Positions 1 through 8,960 of a stretch of DNA of 64,000 nt are shown here, one piece after another. This DNA comes from Candidatus Latescibacterota bacterium. GTDB lineage: Bacteria > Latescibacterota > UBA2968 > UBA8231. Position 1 is the first letter of the stretch, and the number at the start of each line of letters is the position of its first letter. The position numbers were made by a program, and so were the translations under genes. The notes under the pieces were generated by a model. It was not told where the DNA came from. It searched no databases and worked only from the letters and a program-made list of their open reading frames with translations. Location: positions 1,472,001-1,536,000 of the forward strand of contig CBDCXV010000001.1 in assembly GCA_965223905.1 (NCBI GenBank), given 5' to 3'.

Positions 1-1153
1 CTCCGACGCCTCCAGGGAGCTGCGGGAGTTCGCCGGGCAGACCGGCATGGCGGTCGGAGAGACCCTGGCCGGCCGCGGCGCCATGGCCGCAGAATCCGAG
101 CTCTGCCTGCACTCGTTCGGCATCAGCGGCAACCCCGCGGCGTACCGGATCATCAGCCAGTCCGACCTCGTCATCTGCGCCGGCACCCGGCTGAGCGACT
201 TCGCCACGGGTTCGCAGGCCGCCTTCCACCATCCGGAGGTGAAGTTCATCGGCATCAACGTCGCCGGGCGCGACGCCTGCAAGCAGGGAGCCCTGCCGCT
301 CGTCGCCGACGCCCGCGAGGCGCTGCGCGCCCTTTCGAAGGCCTGCGCCGAAGGCGGCATCAGGCCGGACGCCGCGTACGTCGAGGAGATCGCCACGGCG
401 AGGGAGACCTGGCGGAAACAGAAGGAGAAGGAGATCTACACGCAGGCTCCCGGCGAGGCGATGAGCCAGGGCCACCTGATCGGCATCCTCAACGAAGAGG
501 CGAAGCCGGGAGACACGGTGATCTCGGCCGCGGGCAACCAGCCCGGCGACCTGCACAAGCTCTGGGATACCTCGGGCGGCCGGCACTGCCACCTCGAGTT
601 CGGCTATTCCTGCATGGGGTACGAGATCCCGGCCGGCATCGGGGTGCGCATGGCGCAGCCGCAGGGAGAGGTGTACGTCTTCGTCGGCGACGGCACCTAC
701 CTGATGTGCCCGACAGAGATCGTCACCGCGGTCCAGGAAGGGCTGAAGATCACGGTGATCGTCTCGGACAACCACGGGTACCAGTGCATCAGGGGGCTGC
801 AGCTGGCGACGACGGGGCGGGATTTCGGCAACGAGTTCCGCGCCCGCGACCCGCAGTCGAGGCGCCTGTCGGGCGACTACCTCGACATCGATTTCGCCGG
901 CAACGGCGCCAGCATGGGGGCGCGCTCCTGGCACGTCGAGACAGAGGAGGAACTGCGCGCCGCTCTCAGGGAGGCGCGCGGCGAAACCCGTCCCTGCGTC
1001 ATCGTCGCCGAGATCGAGAAGCACCGGTTCCCGCCCCCTTCCGGCATGTGGTGGGACGTCGAGGTCGCCGAGGTGAGCTCCAACCCCGAAGCGCGGGACC
1101 TGCGGGCGGCGTACGAGCGCGACCGCCGCAGGCAGCAGAGGTTTCACTACTGA
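1..1153 (+). CDS. iolD: 3D-(3,5/4)-trihydroxycyclohexane-1,2-dione acylhydrolase (IolD family, ThDP enzyme), 5' partial
   Basis: IolD-typical segments GTRLSDFATGS, LHKLW, HLEFGYSCMGYEI, ThDP motif GDGTYLM...DNHGYQCIRGLQ and WWDVEVAEVS; frame runs in from the window edge. Confidence 0.9.
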   Translation, partial: SDASRELREFAGQTGMAVGETLAGRGAMAAESELCLHSFGISGNPAAYRIISQSDLVICAGTRLSDFATGSQAAFHHPEVKFIGINVAGRDACKQGALPLVADAREALRALSKACAEGGIRPDAAYVEEIATARETWRKQKEKEIYTQAPGEAMSQGHLIGILNEEAKPGDTVISAAGNQPGDLHKLWDTSGGRHCHLEFGYSCMGYEIPAGIGVRMAQPQGEVYVFVGDGTYLMCPTEIVTAVQEGLKITVIVSDNHGYQCIRGLQLATTGRDFGNEFRARDPQSRRLSGDYLDIDFAGNGASMGARSWHVETEEELRAALREARGETRPCVIVAEIEKHRFPPPSGMWWDVEVAEVSSNPEARDLRAAYERDRRRQQRFHY

Positions 1154-1155
1154 CC

Positions 1156-1929
1156 ATGATCGCCAACCCTGTAAAAGAGGCCTGGAACCGGGGCGAGCCG
1201 GCGGCCGGGTTCAACGTCTTCGAATCGCTGCGCCCCTCGGTCGCCAAGATCGCGGCGCGTGCAGGTTTCGACTTCGTCATGGTCGACACCGAGCACGTGG
1301 TCCACAACGAGGAGACCCTCACCAACTTCCTCGTCATCGCCCGCGACAACGGGCTCGCCCCCTGGGTGACGGTGGTGGCCCCCGAACGCGCCCTGGTGTC
1401 GCGCATGCTCGACGCCGGCGCCCTCGGCATCGTGCTGTCGCACGCCGACACCGCCGAACAGGTGGAGGAGCTGGTGCGCTGGTGCAAGTACGCCCCCGCG
1501 GGGGAACGCGGCCTGGCGCTGGGGGCCAACGCCGGCTACGACAGCAGCGACGTCGCCGCCTACTGCGAGGCGGCCAACGAGGCGGTGCTGGTGATCCCCA
1601 AGATCGAGTCCGCCCGCGCCGTGGAGAACATCGACAGCATCCTCGCCGTCGACCTGGTGGACGGGATCGTCTTCGGCCCGGGGGACCTGGCGGCGAAAAT
1701 GGGGCTGCACGGGCAGTGGGAGCACCCCGAGGTGCTCGCCGCCATGGAGAAGGTGATCGCCGCGGCACTCGCGCGCGGCCTTGCGGTCGAGCCGGCCATC
1801 ATGCCGAAGGACCGGGCCGCGTACGGGCGCGAACGGGAGCGGGGCTGCCTGATCTTCGGCAGCACGAGACAGAGCGAGTACAACCTGCTGCAGGCCGCGG
1901 CGGACAAAGCAATGGAACCTTACAGATAG
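1156..1929 (+). CDS. HpcH/HpaI-family aldolase
   Basis: GFDFVMVDTEH, LDAGALGIV, KYAPAGERG, KIES, FGPGDLA motifs; ATG 2 nt after the iolD stop (the 706 start in the ORF track overlaps iolD). Confidence 0.88.
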   Translation: MIANPVKEAWNRGEPAAGFNVFESLRPSVAKIAARAGFDFVMVDTEHVVHNEETLTNFLVIARDNGLAPWVTVVAPERALVSRMLDAGALGIVLSHADTAEQVEELVRWCKYAPAGERGLALGANAGYDSSDVAAYCEAANEAVLVIPKIESARAVENIDSILAVDLVDGIVFGPGDLAAKMGLHGQWEHPEVLAAMEKVIAAALARGLAVEPAIMPKDRAAYGRERERGCLIFGSTRQSEYNLLQAAADKAMEPYR

Positions 1930-1947
1930 GAGCTCGTACATAACATC

Positions 1948-3201
1948 ATGCTGTTCAACCGCGAGCGCGCCTTCGAGTACATGGACCGCTGCGGCCTCGA
2001 CGCCCTGGTGGCGACGAGCCCGACCAACATCACCTACTTCAGCGACTACTACTGCTGGCTCGACAAGCTGTTCAAGGAGTACATGACCCGGCCCGGCGCC
2101 GGCATCGGGCTGACGCAGCAGTTCGCCCTCTTTCCGCGGCACGGGGAGCCGGCCCTAGTCCTGGTGCCGCTGCTGGCGGCCAACTCCCTCGATTCCTGGG
2201 TGCGGGACGTCCGTTCCGCGGGAGGGGGCGGCTTCGACGATGCGGCCCCGGCCGATCTCCCGCTCAGCGAGCGGCAGCAGTATTTCCTCGAGTTCGCGCG
2301 CGCTCTCGACCCGGGAGCCACCGCGGTCGGCTCCCTGGCGGAGGCGCTGGCCGACCGCGGCGTCGCCGACGGCCGCATCGGCATCGAGTGCGGCAACCTG
2401 CCTGCCGCCACCCTTGCGGAAATCCGCGAGAGCCTGCCGAAGGCGGATATCAGGGACTGCTCCAACCTCATCCTCCTCATCCGCATGGTGAAGGGCTCCG
2501 AGGAGCTCGAGCGCCTGCGCAGCGCCGGCCGCATCGGCGAGGAGGCGGCCACCCGGGTGCTGTCCGGGGCCCGTCCCGGAACGTCGACGCGGGAGATGGT
2601 TGCCGAATACCGCGCCCTGGTGGCGGGCGAAGGGGCCGATCTCGACCACTTCGCCATCTGCGTGCGCGGCCTCGGGCTCTCCACCGAACCGGACGTGACC
2701 CTGCTCGAGGACGACCTCCTCTACACCGACTACGGCTGCGTCTTCGACTACTACTGCTCCGACAGCGGCCAGACCCTGGCGATGCGCGAGCCGAGCGCGG
2801 AGAACCGCGCCCGCTACGAGGGGCTGCGGGACTCGGTAGCCGCCGGCGCCGAGGCGGCGCGCGCCGGTGCGCGGGCTTCGAGCGTCGCCGCGGCCATGAG
2901 CGGCCTGCTGGAGGGGCGCGGAATCACCGGTTCCTTTCCCCACGGCCACGGCATCGGCCTCGAGGTCCGCGACTACCCGATCCTGGTGCCCGACAACGGG
3001 CTGCGCATCCGCGACGACTGCGTCGACGAGCCCTCCGACCTGCCGCTGGAAGCCGGCATGGTGCTCTCCCTCGAGGCCGGCCTGTTCACCCCGGGGGCCT
3101 TCTCCTTCCAGGTCGAGTGCTCCTTCGTGGTCGCCGAGGGGGGCGGCGAGCCCCTGACCCCCCAGGACCGGACCGACCCGATCGTGGGGGTGCGGCCATG
3201 A
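1948..3201 (+). CDS. M24 family (Xaa-Pro peptidase/creatinase-like) metallohydrolase
   Basis: Creatinase-like N-domain (GLDALVATSPTNITYFS), RMVKGSEE, metal ligands D..D (TDYG...SD), HGHGIGLE, LEAG, VE. Confidence 0.85.
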   Translation: MLFNRERAFEYMDRCGLDALVATSPTNITYFSDYYCWLDKLFKEYMTRPGAGIGLTQQFALFPRHGEPALVLVPLLAANSLDSWVRDVRSAGGGGFDDAAPADLPLSERQQYFLEFARALDPGATAVGSLAEALADRGVADGRIGIECGNLPAATLAEIRESLPKADIRDCSNLILLIRMVKGSEELERLRSAGRIGEEAATRVLSGARPGTSTREMVAEYRALVAGEGADLDHFAICVRGLGLSTEPDVTLLEDDLLYTDYGCVFDYYCSDSGQTLAMREPSAENRARYEGLRDSVAAGAEAARAGARASSVAAAMSGLLEGRGITGSFPHGHGIGLEVRDYPILVPDNGLRIRDDCVDEPSDLPLEAGMVLSLEAGLFTPGAFSFQVECSFVVAEGGGEPLTPQDRTDPIVGVRP

Positions 3202-5315
3202 ACCTGCCCGAGCTGTTCGGCAACCTGGCCCCTGGCGCCCTCGTCCGCATCGCCGGCGCCGGCTTTCGCGAAGGCATCCCGGCGCGCGACGCCGACGCCG
3301 GCTGGACCCTCGGGGTCGGCCGGCGTCCGGACGGGGACCTCATCGTCGTCGACTACCAGTGGCACCGCCTCTACCGCATCGCCGGCGACGGCATCCTGCA
3401 CAACTTCGCCGGCGACGGCATCCGCGGCCTGAGCGGCGACGGCGGCCCCGCGGAAGCGGCCCGCTTCAACAATCCCCACGACCTCGCCATCGACAGGCAG
3501 GGCAACCTCTACCTGTCCGACCTCGGCAACCAGGTCTACCGCCGCATCGACGCCGAAACCGGGATCGTCACCCGGGTCGCGGGCAGCGGCAAGGTCGGCC
3601 GCGGCGGGGACGGCGGACCGGCGGTGGACGCCGAGATGGACACCACCTGCGGCATCGCCGTCGCCGCCAACGGCGATCTCTACCTCTCGAGCGAGTGGGC
3701 GGACAACGTCCGCCGCGTCGACGCGAGAACCGGCATCATCGAGCGCTTCGCCGGCCTCGACGCGCGCCACTACCCCTCCGAGCAGGGGAACAGCCGGCCG
3801 GCCGGCGGCCCGGGAATCAGCCTCGGCGGCTACCACGGCGATGGGGGACCCGCCGCGGAAGCGGGCTTCCACCACCCGGAGCACCTCGCCATCGACTCGC
3901 AGGGGGACCTCTACGTCTGCGACAACTCCAACGACCGCATCCGCAGGATCGACATGAAGACCGGCGTCGTCACCACTGTCCTGGGAAACGGGCAGCGCGC
4001 TTCCAACGGCGACGGCGGCCCTGCGGTCGAAGCGAGCACCCTGATGCCGGACGCCATCTGCTTCGACGCCGGCGACAACCTCTACGTCGGCGAGAAGTAC
4101 GGTTTCCGCATCCGCAAGGTGGAGGCCGCCACAGGCATCGTCACGACCCTGGTCGGCAACGGCTGTCCCGGTTTCGGCGAGGAGGGGCTGCCCGGCACCG
4201 AGACGCACTGCAACTCCGTCGAGGCGGGGATCTGGGCCGATGCCGACGGCTCGGTCTACTGGGGGGACTGCTCGGGACGCACGCGCCGCTGCGACGGGGC
4301 CACCGGCATCGTCACCACCGTGCTCGGCGGCACCCACGTGCACGACGGCGAGGCCGCCACCGAGGGCTACATCAACGGCATAGCCGGCATCGACGTCGCC
4401 CCGGACGGGCGCATCTACCTCGCCGACGCCTGGAACCAGCGCATCCGCGTCGTCGAGCCGGCCACCGGCATCATCGGCACCGTGGCGGGGAACGGCGCCC
4501 GCGCCTACGGCGGCGACAACGGCCCGGCCACCGAGGCCTACCTCGGCAACCCGCACGACGTCTCCGTCGACCCGGAGGGCCGCGTCGTCATCGCCGACAC
4601 CCGCCACTCGCACGTCCGCCGCGTGGACCCCGACGGCGTCATCCGCGTCGTCGCCGGCACCGGCCAGGAGTGGGACAAGGGAGACGGCGCCCTCGCCGTC
4701 AGTGCCTGCTTCGTGCAGATCGCCTCGGTCGCCCACGGTCCGAACGGCGACCTCTACATCGGCGACGCGGTCGGCCGCATCCGCAGGGTCGACGCCGACA
4801 GCGGCATCATCACCACGGTGGCGGGGATCGGACTCCCCGGGTACTCCGGAGACGGCGGCGCCGCGGCCAAAGCCCGCATTCACCAGCCGGAGGCGCTCTG
4901 CTTCGGCCCGGACGGCGCCCTGTTCTTCGCCGACAGCAGGCGCCACGCGATCCGCAAGGTCGACGCGGACGGCGTCATCACCACGGTGGCCGGCTGCGGG
5001 GAACCTGGGTTCTCGCCCGACGGCACGCAGGCAACCGAAGCCCGCATCGACGGGCCTTCGGGCGTTGCAGTCGGCATCGACGGGAGCCTCTACTTCTCCG
5101 ACACGAACAACCACTGCGTGCGCCGCGTCGGCGCCGACGGCCGCCTGCGGACCGTGGCCGGCTTCGGCGGCGAGCCGGGGGAGTGCGCCGACGGCGAACA
5201 GGGGACCGCGGCGCGGCTCAACGAACCGAACGCCCTCTGCTTCTTCGATTCCCACATCCTGCTGATCAGCGATTTCGGCAACAACCGCGTCCGCGCGCTG
5301 CGGCTGCCGGACTGA
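3198..5315 (+). CDS. NHL-repeat beta-propeller protein (about 11-12 repeats)
   Basis: Repeated GDGGPAxxA..P..LAxDxxGxLYxxD..N.RIRRID..TG.ITTVAG units; ATGA overlap with the upstream stop. Confidence 0.9.
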   Translation: MNLPELFGNLAPGALVRIAGAGFREGIPARDADAGWTLGVGRRPDGDLIVVDYQWHRLYRIAGDGILHNFAGDGIRGLSGDGGPAEAARFNNPHDLAIDRQGNLYLSDLGNQVYRRIDAETGIVTRVAGSGKVGRGGDGGPAVDAEMDTTCGIAVAANGDLYLSSEWADNVRRVDARTGIIERFAGLDARHYPSEQGNSRPAGGPGISLGGYHGDGGPAAEAGFHHPEHLAIDSQGDLYVCDNSNDRIRRIDMKTGVVTTVLGNGQRASNGDGGPAVEASTLMPDAICFDAGDNLYVGEKYGFRIRKVEAATGIVTTLVGNGCPGFGEEGLPGTETHCNSVEAGIWADADGSVYWGDCSGRTRRCDGATGIVTTVLGGTHVHDGEAATEGYINGIAGIDVAPDGRIYLADAWNQRIRVVEPATGIIGTVAGNGARAYGGDNGPATEAYLGNPHDVSVDPEGRVVIADTRHSHVRRVDPDGVIRVVAGTGQEWDKGDGALAVSACFVQIASVAHGPNGDLYIGDAVGRIRRVDADSGIITTVAGIGLPGYSGDGGAAAKARIHQPEALCFGPDGALFFADSRRHAIRKVDADGVITTVAGCGEPGFSPDGTQATEARIDGPSGVAVGIDGSLYFSDTNNHCVRRVGADGRLRTVAGFGGEPGECADGEQGTAARLNEPNALCFFDSHILLISDFGNNRVRALRLPD

Positions 5316-5334
5316 TGCGACCCGGGGCCGGGCC

Positions 5335-6351
5335 GTGAAGGCGCTGTCGATGCGGTCCCACAAGGCCGGGGATCTCGCCTTGGTCGAGGCGCCGCTCCCG
5401 GAGCCGGGACCCGGCCAGCTCCGCCTCGCGGTGCATGCCGTGGGCATCTGCGGTTCCGACGTCTCCGCGGCGCTGGCCAAGCCGAACTTCGACTGGGTGC
5501 CGCGGCCCCTGGTCCTCGGCCACGAGTTCTCGGGGGTGGTGGACGCCTCCGGCACCGGGGTGAGGGAGTGGGAGCGCGGGCAGCGGGTGAGCGCCCTGTC
5601 GGTCCAGGGGTGCGGCCGCTGCCCTCCGTGCCGAGCCGGCAACACCCAGCAGTGCCCGGACCGGTCCATACTGGGGTTGAGCATGCCGGGCGCCATGGCC
5701 GAGTACTGCCTCGTCGACGCCGCTTTCGCCGTGCCGCTACGCGACGGCCTCAGCCATCTCGAGGGCGCCCTGATCGAGCCGCTCGCGGTAGCCTGCCGCT
5801 GCGTGCGGAAGGGGTGCGAAGCCACCGCCGGGGATAGGGTGGTGGTCTCAGGCTGCGGCATCATCGGGCTGCTGTGCGCCCTCGTCGCCAGGGCCTGCGG
5901 GGCGGGGGTGACGGTCACCGGCATCGCCGCCGACGCCGAGGTGCGGCTGCGCAAGGCGCGGGACCTCTGCATGGCGACCGTTGTGGTGAGTGAGGCGGAG
6001 CCACTGGCGCGGCAGGTTCCCGAGCCGGTGGACATCCTGATCGAGGCCTCGGGCGCCCCCGGGGCCCTGGCCGCGGCTTCGGAGGCGGTCAGGCCGGGCG
6101 GCCTGATCGGGGTGGTCGCCACCTATCCGGGGTCCGTCCCCCTGCCGGCGACCGACCTCGTGCGCCGCGAGCAGCGCCTGCACACCTCCTTCGGATCGAC
6201 GCGGGAGGACTACGAGCAGGCGATGGCCCACCTCGCCGCCGGGGACATCCCCGTCGAGCAGCTGGTCGAGACCTTCCCCCTCGGAGAGGCGCTGGCCGCC
6301 TTCGAGGCATCGATCGCAAAGGCCACGACAAAGGCGGTCCTCATTCCCTGA
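5335..6351 (+). CDS. Zn-dependent alcohol/polyol dehydrogenase (MDR family)
   Basis: GICGSD, GHEFSG, structural Zn site CGRCPPC..C, LIEPLAVA, GCGIIG. Confidence 0.9.
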   Translation: MKALSMRSHKAGDLALVEAPLPEPGPGQLRLAVHAVGICGSDVSAALAKPNFDWVPRPLVLGHEFSGVVDASGTGVREWERGQRVSALSVQGCGRCPPCRAGNTQQCPDRSILGLSMPGAMAEYCLVDAAFAVPLRDGLSHLEGALIEPLAVACRCVRKGCEATAGDRVVVSGCGIIGLLCALVARACGAGVTVTGIAADAEVRLRKARDLCMATVVVSEAEPLARQVPEPVDILIEASGAPGALAAASEAVRPGGLIGVVATYPGSVPLPATDLVRREQRLHTSFGSTREDYEQAMAHLAAGDIPVEQLVETFPLGEALAAFEASIAKATTKAVLIP

Positions 6352-6362
6352 GCCCCGGGGTG

Positions 6363-6388
6363 GGCCCGGATCTGACGGGGTCCGGGCC
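6363..6388 (+). terminator. Possible terminator hairpin after the iol operon
   Basis: GGCCCGGATC-tgacgg-GGTCCGGGCC stem just after the stop at 6351; only a weak U tract follows. Confidence 0.4.
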
Positions 6389-6453
6389 GGGTCACTTTGG
6401 AATGAATGATTTGGGGTTTCCATCTAATCGACTTTTGTGAGGAGTAAACGCTG

Positions 6454-6984
6454 GTGAAACGGCATTCCCTGATCCCCTTGTCTCTGTTGTTTCTTGCTGC
6501 CTGCGGTGGCGAAGACAACCCCGTGGCACCCGACGAGGATCTCGTCGGTTCTTGGGTATTCGACAGTACCGACATGGTCGACGTCATGTTAGCGGGTTTT
6601 GAGGAATCCCTGCGTGATGCGGGTGTTGACCAACGAGATACAAATCGCATTATCGCCGCCTTTCGCGCCGATTTCGAGGTAAGAATGGCAGGACTTCGAT
6701 CGATCATTCGATTCAACGCCGACGGATCCTTCGAGGACGATCAGGGTAACAGCGGGACTTGGAGAGTGGAAGGCAACACTTTGGTCACGGTCGAAGACGG
6801 CGATGAAGAACGAGTCAAGTATTTCGTCGATGGCAATGACCTCACCCTCATCTTTTCGTCCGAGATGTTGCTCGATGTTTTCCGCGAAGATGAAGATCTC
6901 ACTGATGAAGAGGTCGAAGCGCTAGAGGAGATTTTTCGTTTGGACGAGGGCATCAACATTCGATTTTTCTACATGCGCAGGTAA
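6454..6984 (+). CDS. Acidic lipoprotein with a lipocalin-like domain
   Basis: RBS GAGGAG before GTG; lipobox LAAC; LVGSW and GTWRVEGNTL lipocalin-like motifs. Confidence 0.75.
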   Translation: MKRHSLIPLSLLFLAACGGEDNPVAPDEDLVGSWVFDSTDMVDVMLAGFEESLRDAGVDQRDTNRIIAAFRADFEVRMAGLRSIIRFNADGSFEDDQGNSGTWRVEGNTLVTVEDGDEERVKYFVDGNDLTLIFSSEMLLDVFREDEDLTDEEVEALEEIFRLDEGINIRFFYMRR

Positions 6985-7337
6985 CCCAGCTTTGCAACCA
7001 AAAAACGGAGCGGAACCATGAATGTCGCCGAAACCCGCGCTGTGCTGACAGGAAACGCGGTCGCCGTACCCACCACCGTCTGGAAGCGGCCGGGAGTGCT
7101 CGATCCGGAAAGCGAACGCCGGCAACGCCGAGTTCCTGTTCGCCAACGGCATCGCACGCGGCCGTGTACGCCGGCGGCGTCGGCGAGCACCGGCTGTCGG
7201 TCCCAGAAATTCCAGGGCTAGAAGAAGCGACGTGCCCATCCTTCGCGGGGGTAGTTCCACAGCTGGTGCAGGGTTCCTGATGGCCCAGGCAAGGCGCGCG
7301 AGCCTTCCCGATGGCAAATGTCCTTGCGCTCCCGGCT

Positions 7338-8954
7338 TCACGGCTCGCGCGCCAGCGCTTCCCCTGCTGCCCAGGGTCGGCGGCAGGGCATTTCCCGTTC
7401 GTAGAGTGACAGGCGTTCGCGCACCCATCCATATTCGCCCTCAATACCCTCGACGAGCCCCAGTGCCTTCTTCTGCCAGCGCACGGCCTCGTTGAAACGC
7501 CCCAACCCCGCCAGGGCCATGGCCACGGTTTCGGCCGCGGCCACGGTCTCGTCTGCATCGATGGCCTGGCTGGCGATTTCCAAGGCCCGGGGACCGTCCC
7601 GTTGCGCATCCTCCGGGATCGTCGCCAGCAGCCGCGCCAGAAGCAGCCTGAGCCCCCGCCTGTCGGGGAGGGCGCTGGCGCTCTCCTGGACGGAGGCCAA
7701 GGCCTGCCCGAATCGTTCCAGATCGACAAGGGCGCGTGCAACCCCGAAGCGGGCCGGCGCCAGGCCGGGTCCCAGTTCCTGAGCGCGTCGGTAACTCACC
7801 AGCGCCTCCTCGAGGCGCCCGCGGCCGCGCAGCAAATCCCCCAACGCCAAGTGGCCCCGCTCCGAGTCCGGGTCGAGCTCCAGAGCTCGGCGTAGATGTT
7901 CCTCCGCCCTCGCGGAATCCCCATCGCCGGCGAGGGTCCTTGCGAGCAGCACGCGGCTCAGGGCGTAATCGGGGTTGCGTTCCATGAGTTCGTCAAGATG
8001 CGCCTGCGCCTCCCTGCGGCGGCCGAGCCTGAGCAGGGCAGAGGCGAGATTGTAGCGGGCGTAGGGACGATCGGGGTTGGCTGCCACCGCTAGCTCGAAT
8101 TCCCGCACCGCCGCGTCAAAACGACCGCGGCCGGCCGCCATCATGCCGCGCCTGATGTAGACCTGGACGCTCGAGCGCAGATCGCCGACCTCCTCCATGA
8201 GGGGGTCCTCGAAGGCGATCGGAATACTCGCCGGACTGATGGCCTGTTGGAGGTGAGTCCTGGCTCGCTGCGTCTCACCCAGGCTGCGGTAGGCCAGCCC
8301 GAGGGCGTAGTGAATCCGCGAAGCGCGCGGCTGCGCCGCGAGTGCCTTCTCGAGATCCTCGACAGCCCGCGCATAGTCGGCGGATTCGATCGCCACCTGA
8401 GCGCGACCGACAAGGGCCCTGTAACAGCGCGGATCGACATCGAGTGCCTGATGGAAGCGTCCGCGGGCCCTTTGGAGGCGATGCTGTTCGAGCTCTATTT
8501 CCCCCAGCCATACGAGGGTGGGAACGTCGCGCGGACGCAGTGACAGAGCCTGTTCGAAGATCCCGGTGGCGGCAGTGTAATTGCCGAGGGTGCGCTCCAC
8601 GTGTCCGAGAAGATAAGCCCAGCGAAACACCGCCGGACTCTGGGTGCGGGCGTTCAGATAGCAGGTCCGCGCCGACTCCAGGTCCATGTATGCGTGGAAG
8701 ATTTCACCCAGTTTTCCGTAGGCCCGCCCCAGGGAAGACGACGGCACGTCCGCTGCCCGCAGCAGGCTCGCGGTGGCGTCGTGTCGCTCGCGCAACTGCT
8801 GCCGCGGCGACGGGTCGAGACTGGCCAGATCGGGCAACGGGGGCAGGGGCAACAGACCGGCTGGTCGCGCAGTCCCGGTCTGGTCCTTTCCCGGGTGGCA
8901 GCCCGGCGACCAATAGAGCGCCAGCACAGCCACAACAACCTCAATCCGCACCAA
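7338..8954 (-). CDS. Exported TPR protein (CRTAC1-associated type)
   Basis: Many TPR units; C-terminal LARLLAT.P....RDG.RAL motif; hydrophobic N-terminus with a Cys. Confidence 0.85.
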   Translation of the reverse strand: MVRIEVVVAVLALYWSPGCHPGKDQTGTARPAGLLPLPPLPDLASLDPSPRQQLRERHDATASLLRAADVPSSSLGRAYGKLGEIFHAYMDLESARTCYLNARTQSPAVFRWAYLLGHVERTLGNYTAATGIFEQALSLRPRDVPTLVWLGEIELEQHRLQRARGRFHQALDVDPRCYRALVGRAQVAIESADYARAVEDLEKALAAQPRASRIHYALGLAYRSLGETQRARTHLQQAISPASIPIAFEDPLMEEVGDLRSSVQVYIRRGMMAAGRGRFDAAVREFELAVAANPDRPYARYNLASALLRLGRRREAQAHLDELMERNPDYALSRVLLARTLAGDGDSARAEEHLRRALELDPDSERGHLALGDLLRGRGRLEEALVSYRRAQELGPGLAPARFGVARALVDLERFGQALASVQESASALPDRRGLRLLLARLLATIPEDAQRDGPRALEIASQAIDADETVAAAETVAMALAGLGRFNEAVRWQKKALGLVEGIEGEYGWVRERLSLYEREMPCRRPWAAGEALAREP

Positions 8955-8960
8955 GGCAGC

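Noticed and set aside
2388-3197. N-terminal extensions in the ORF track (also 706-1155, 30428-30886, 35005-35772, 56272-56664)
   Set aside because: Low-complexity translations overlapping neighbouring genes. Downstream starts give coupled junctions or proper signal peptides.
3300-5300. Recurrent DNA similarity that might suggest a CRISPR or tandem array
   Set aside because: Degenerate protein-coding NHL repeats, with no identical repeats separated by unique spacers and no cas genes.
2973-6122. 1049-aa minus-strand ORF, and similar long antisense ORFs (22967-25039, 43839-45611, 47180-49405, 49861-51969, 54278-56278, 61355-63304)
   Set aside because: Shadow ORFs opposite well-supported genes. 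High GC suppresses stop codons and the translations show no family motifs.
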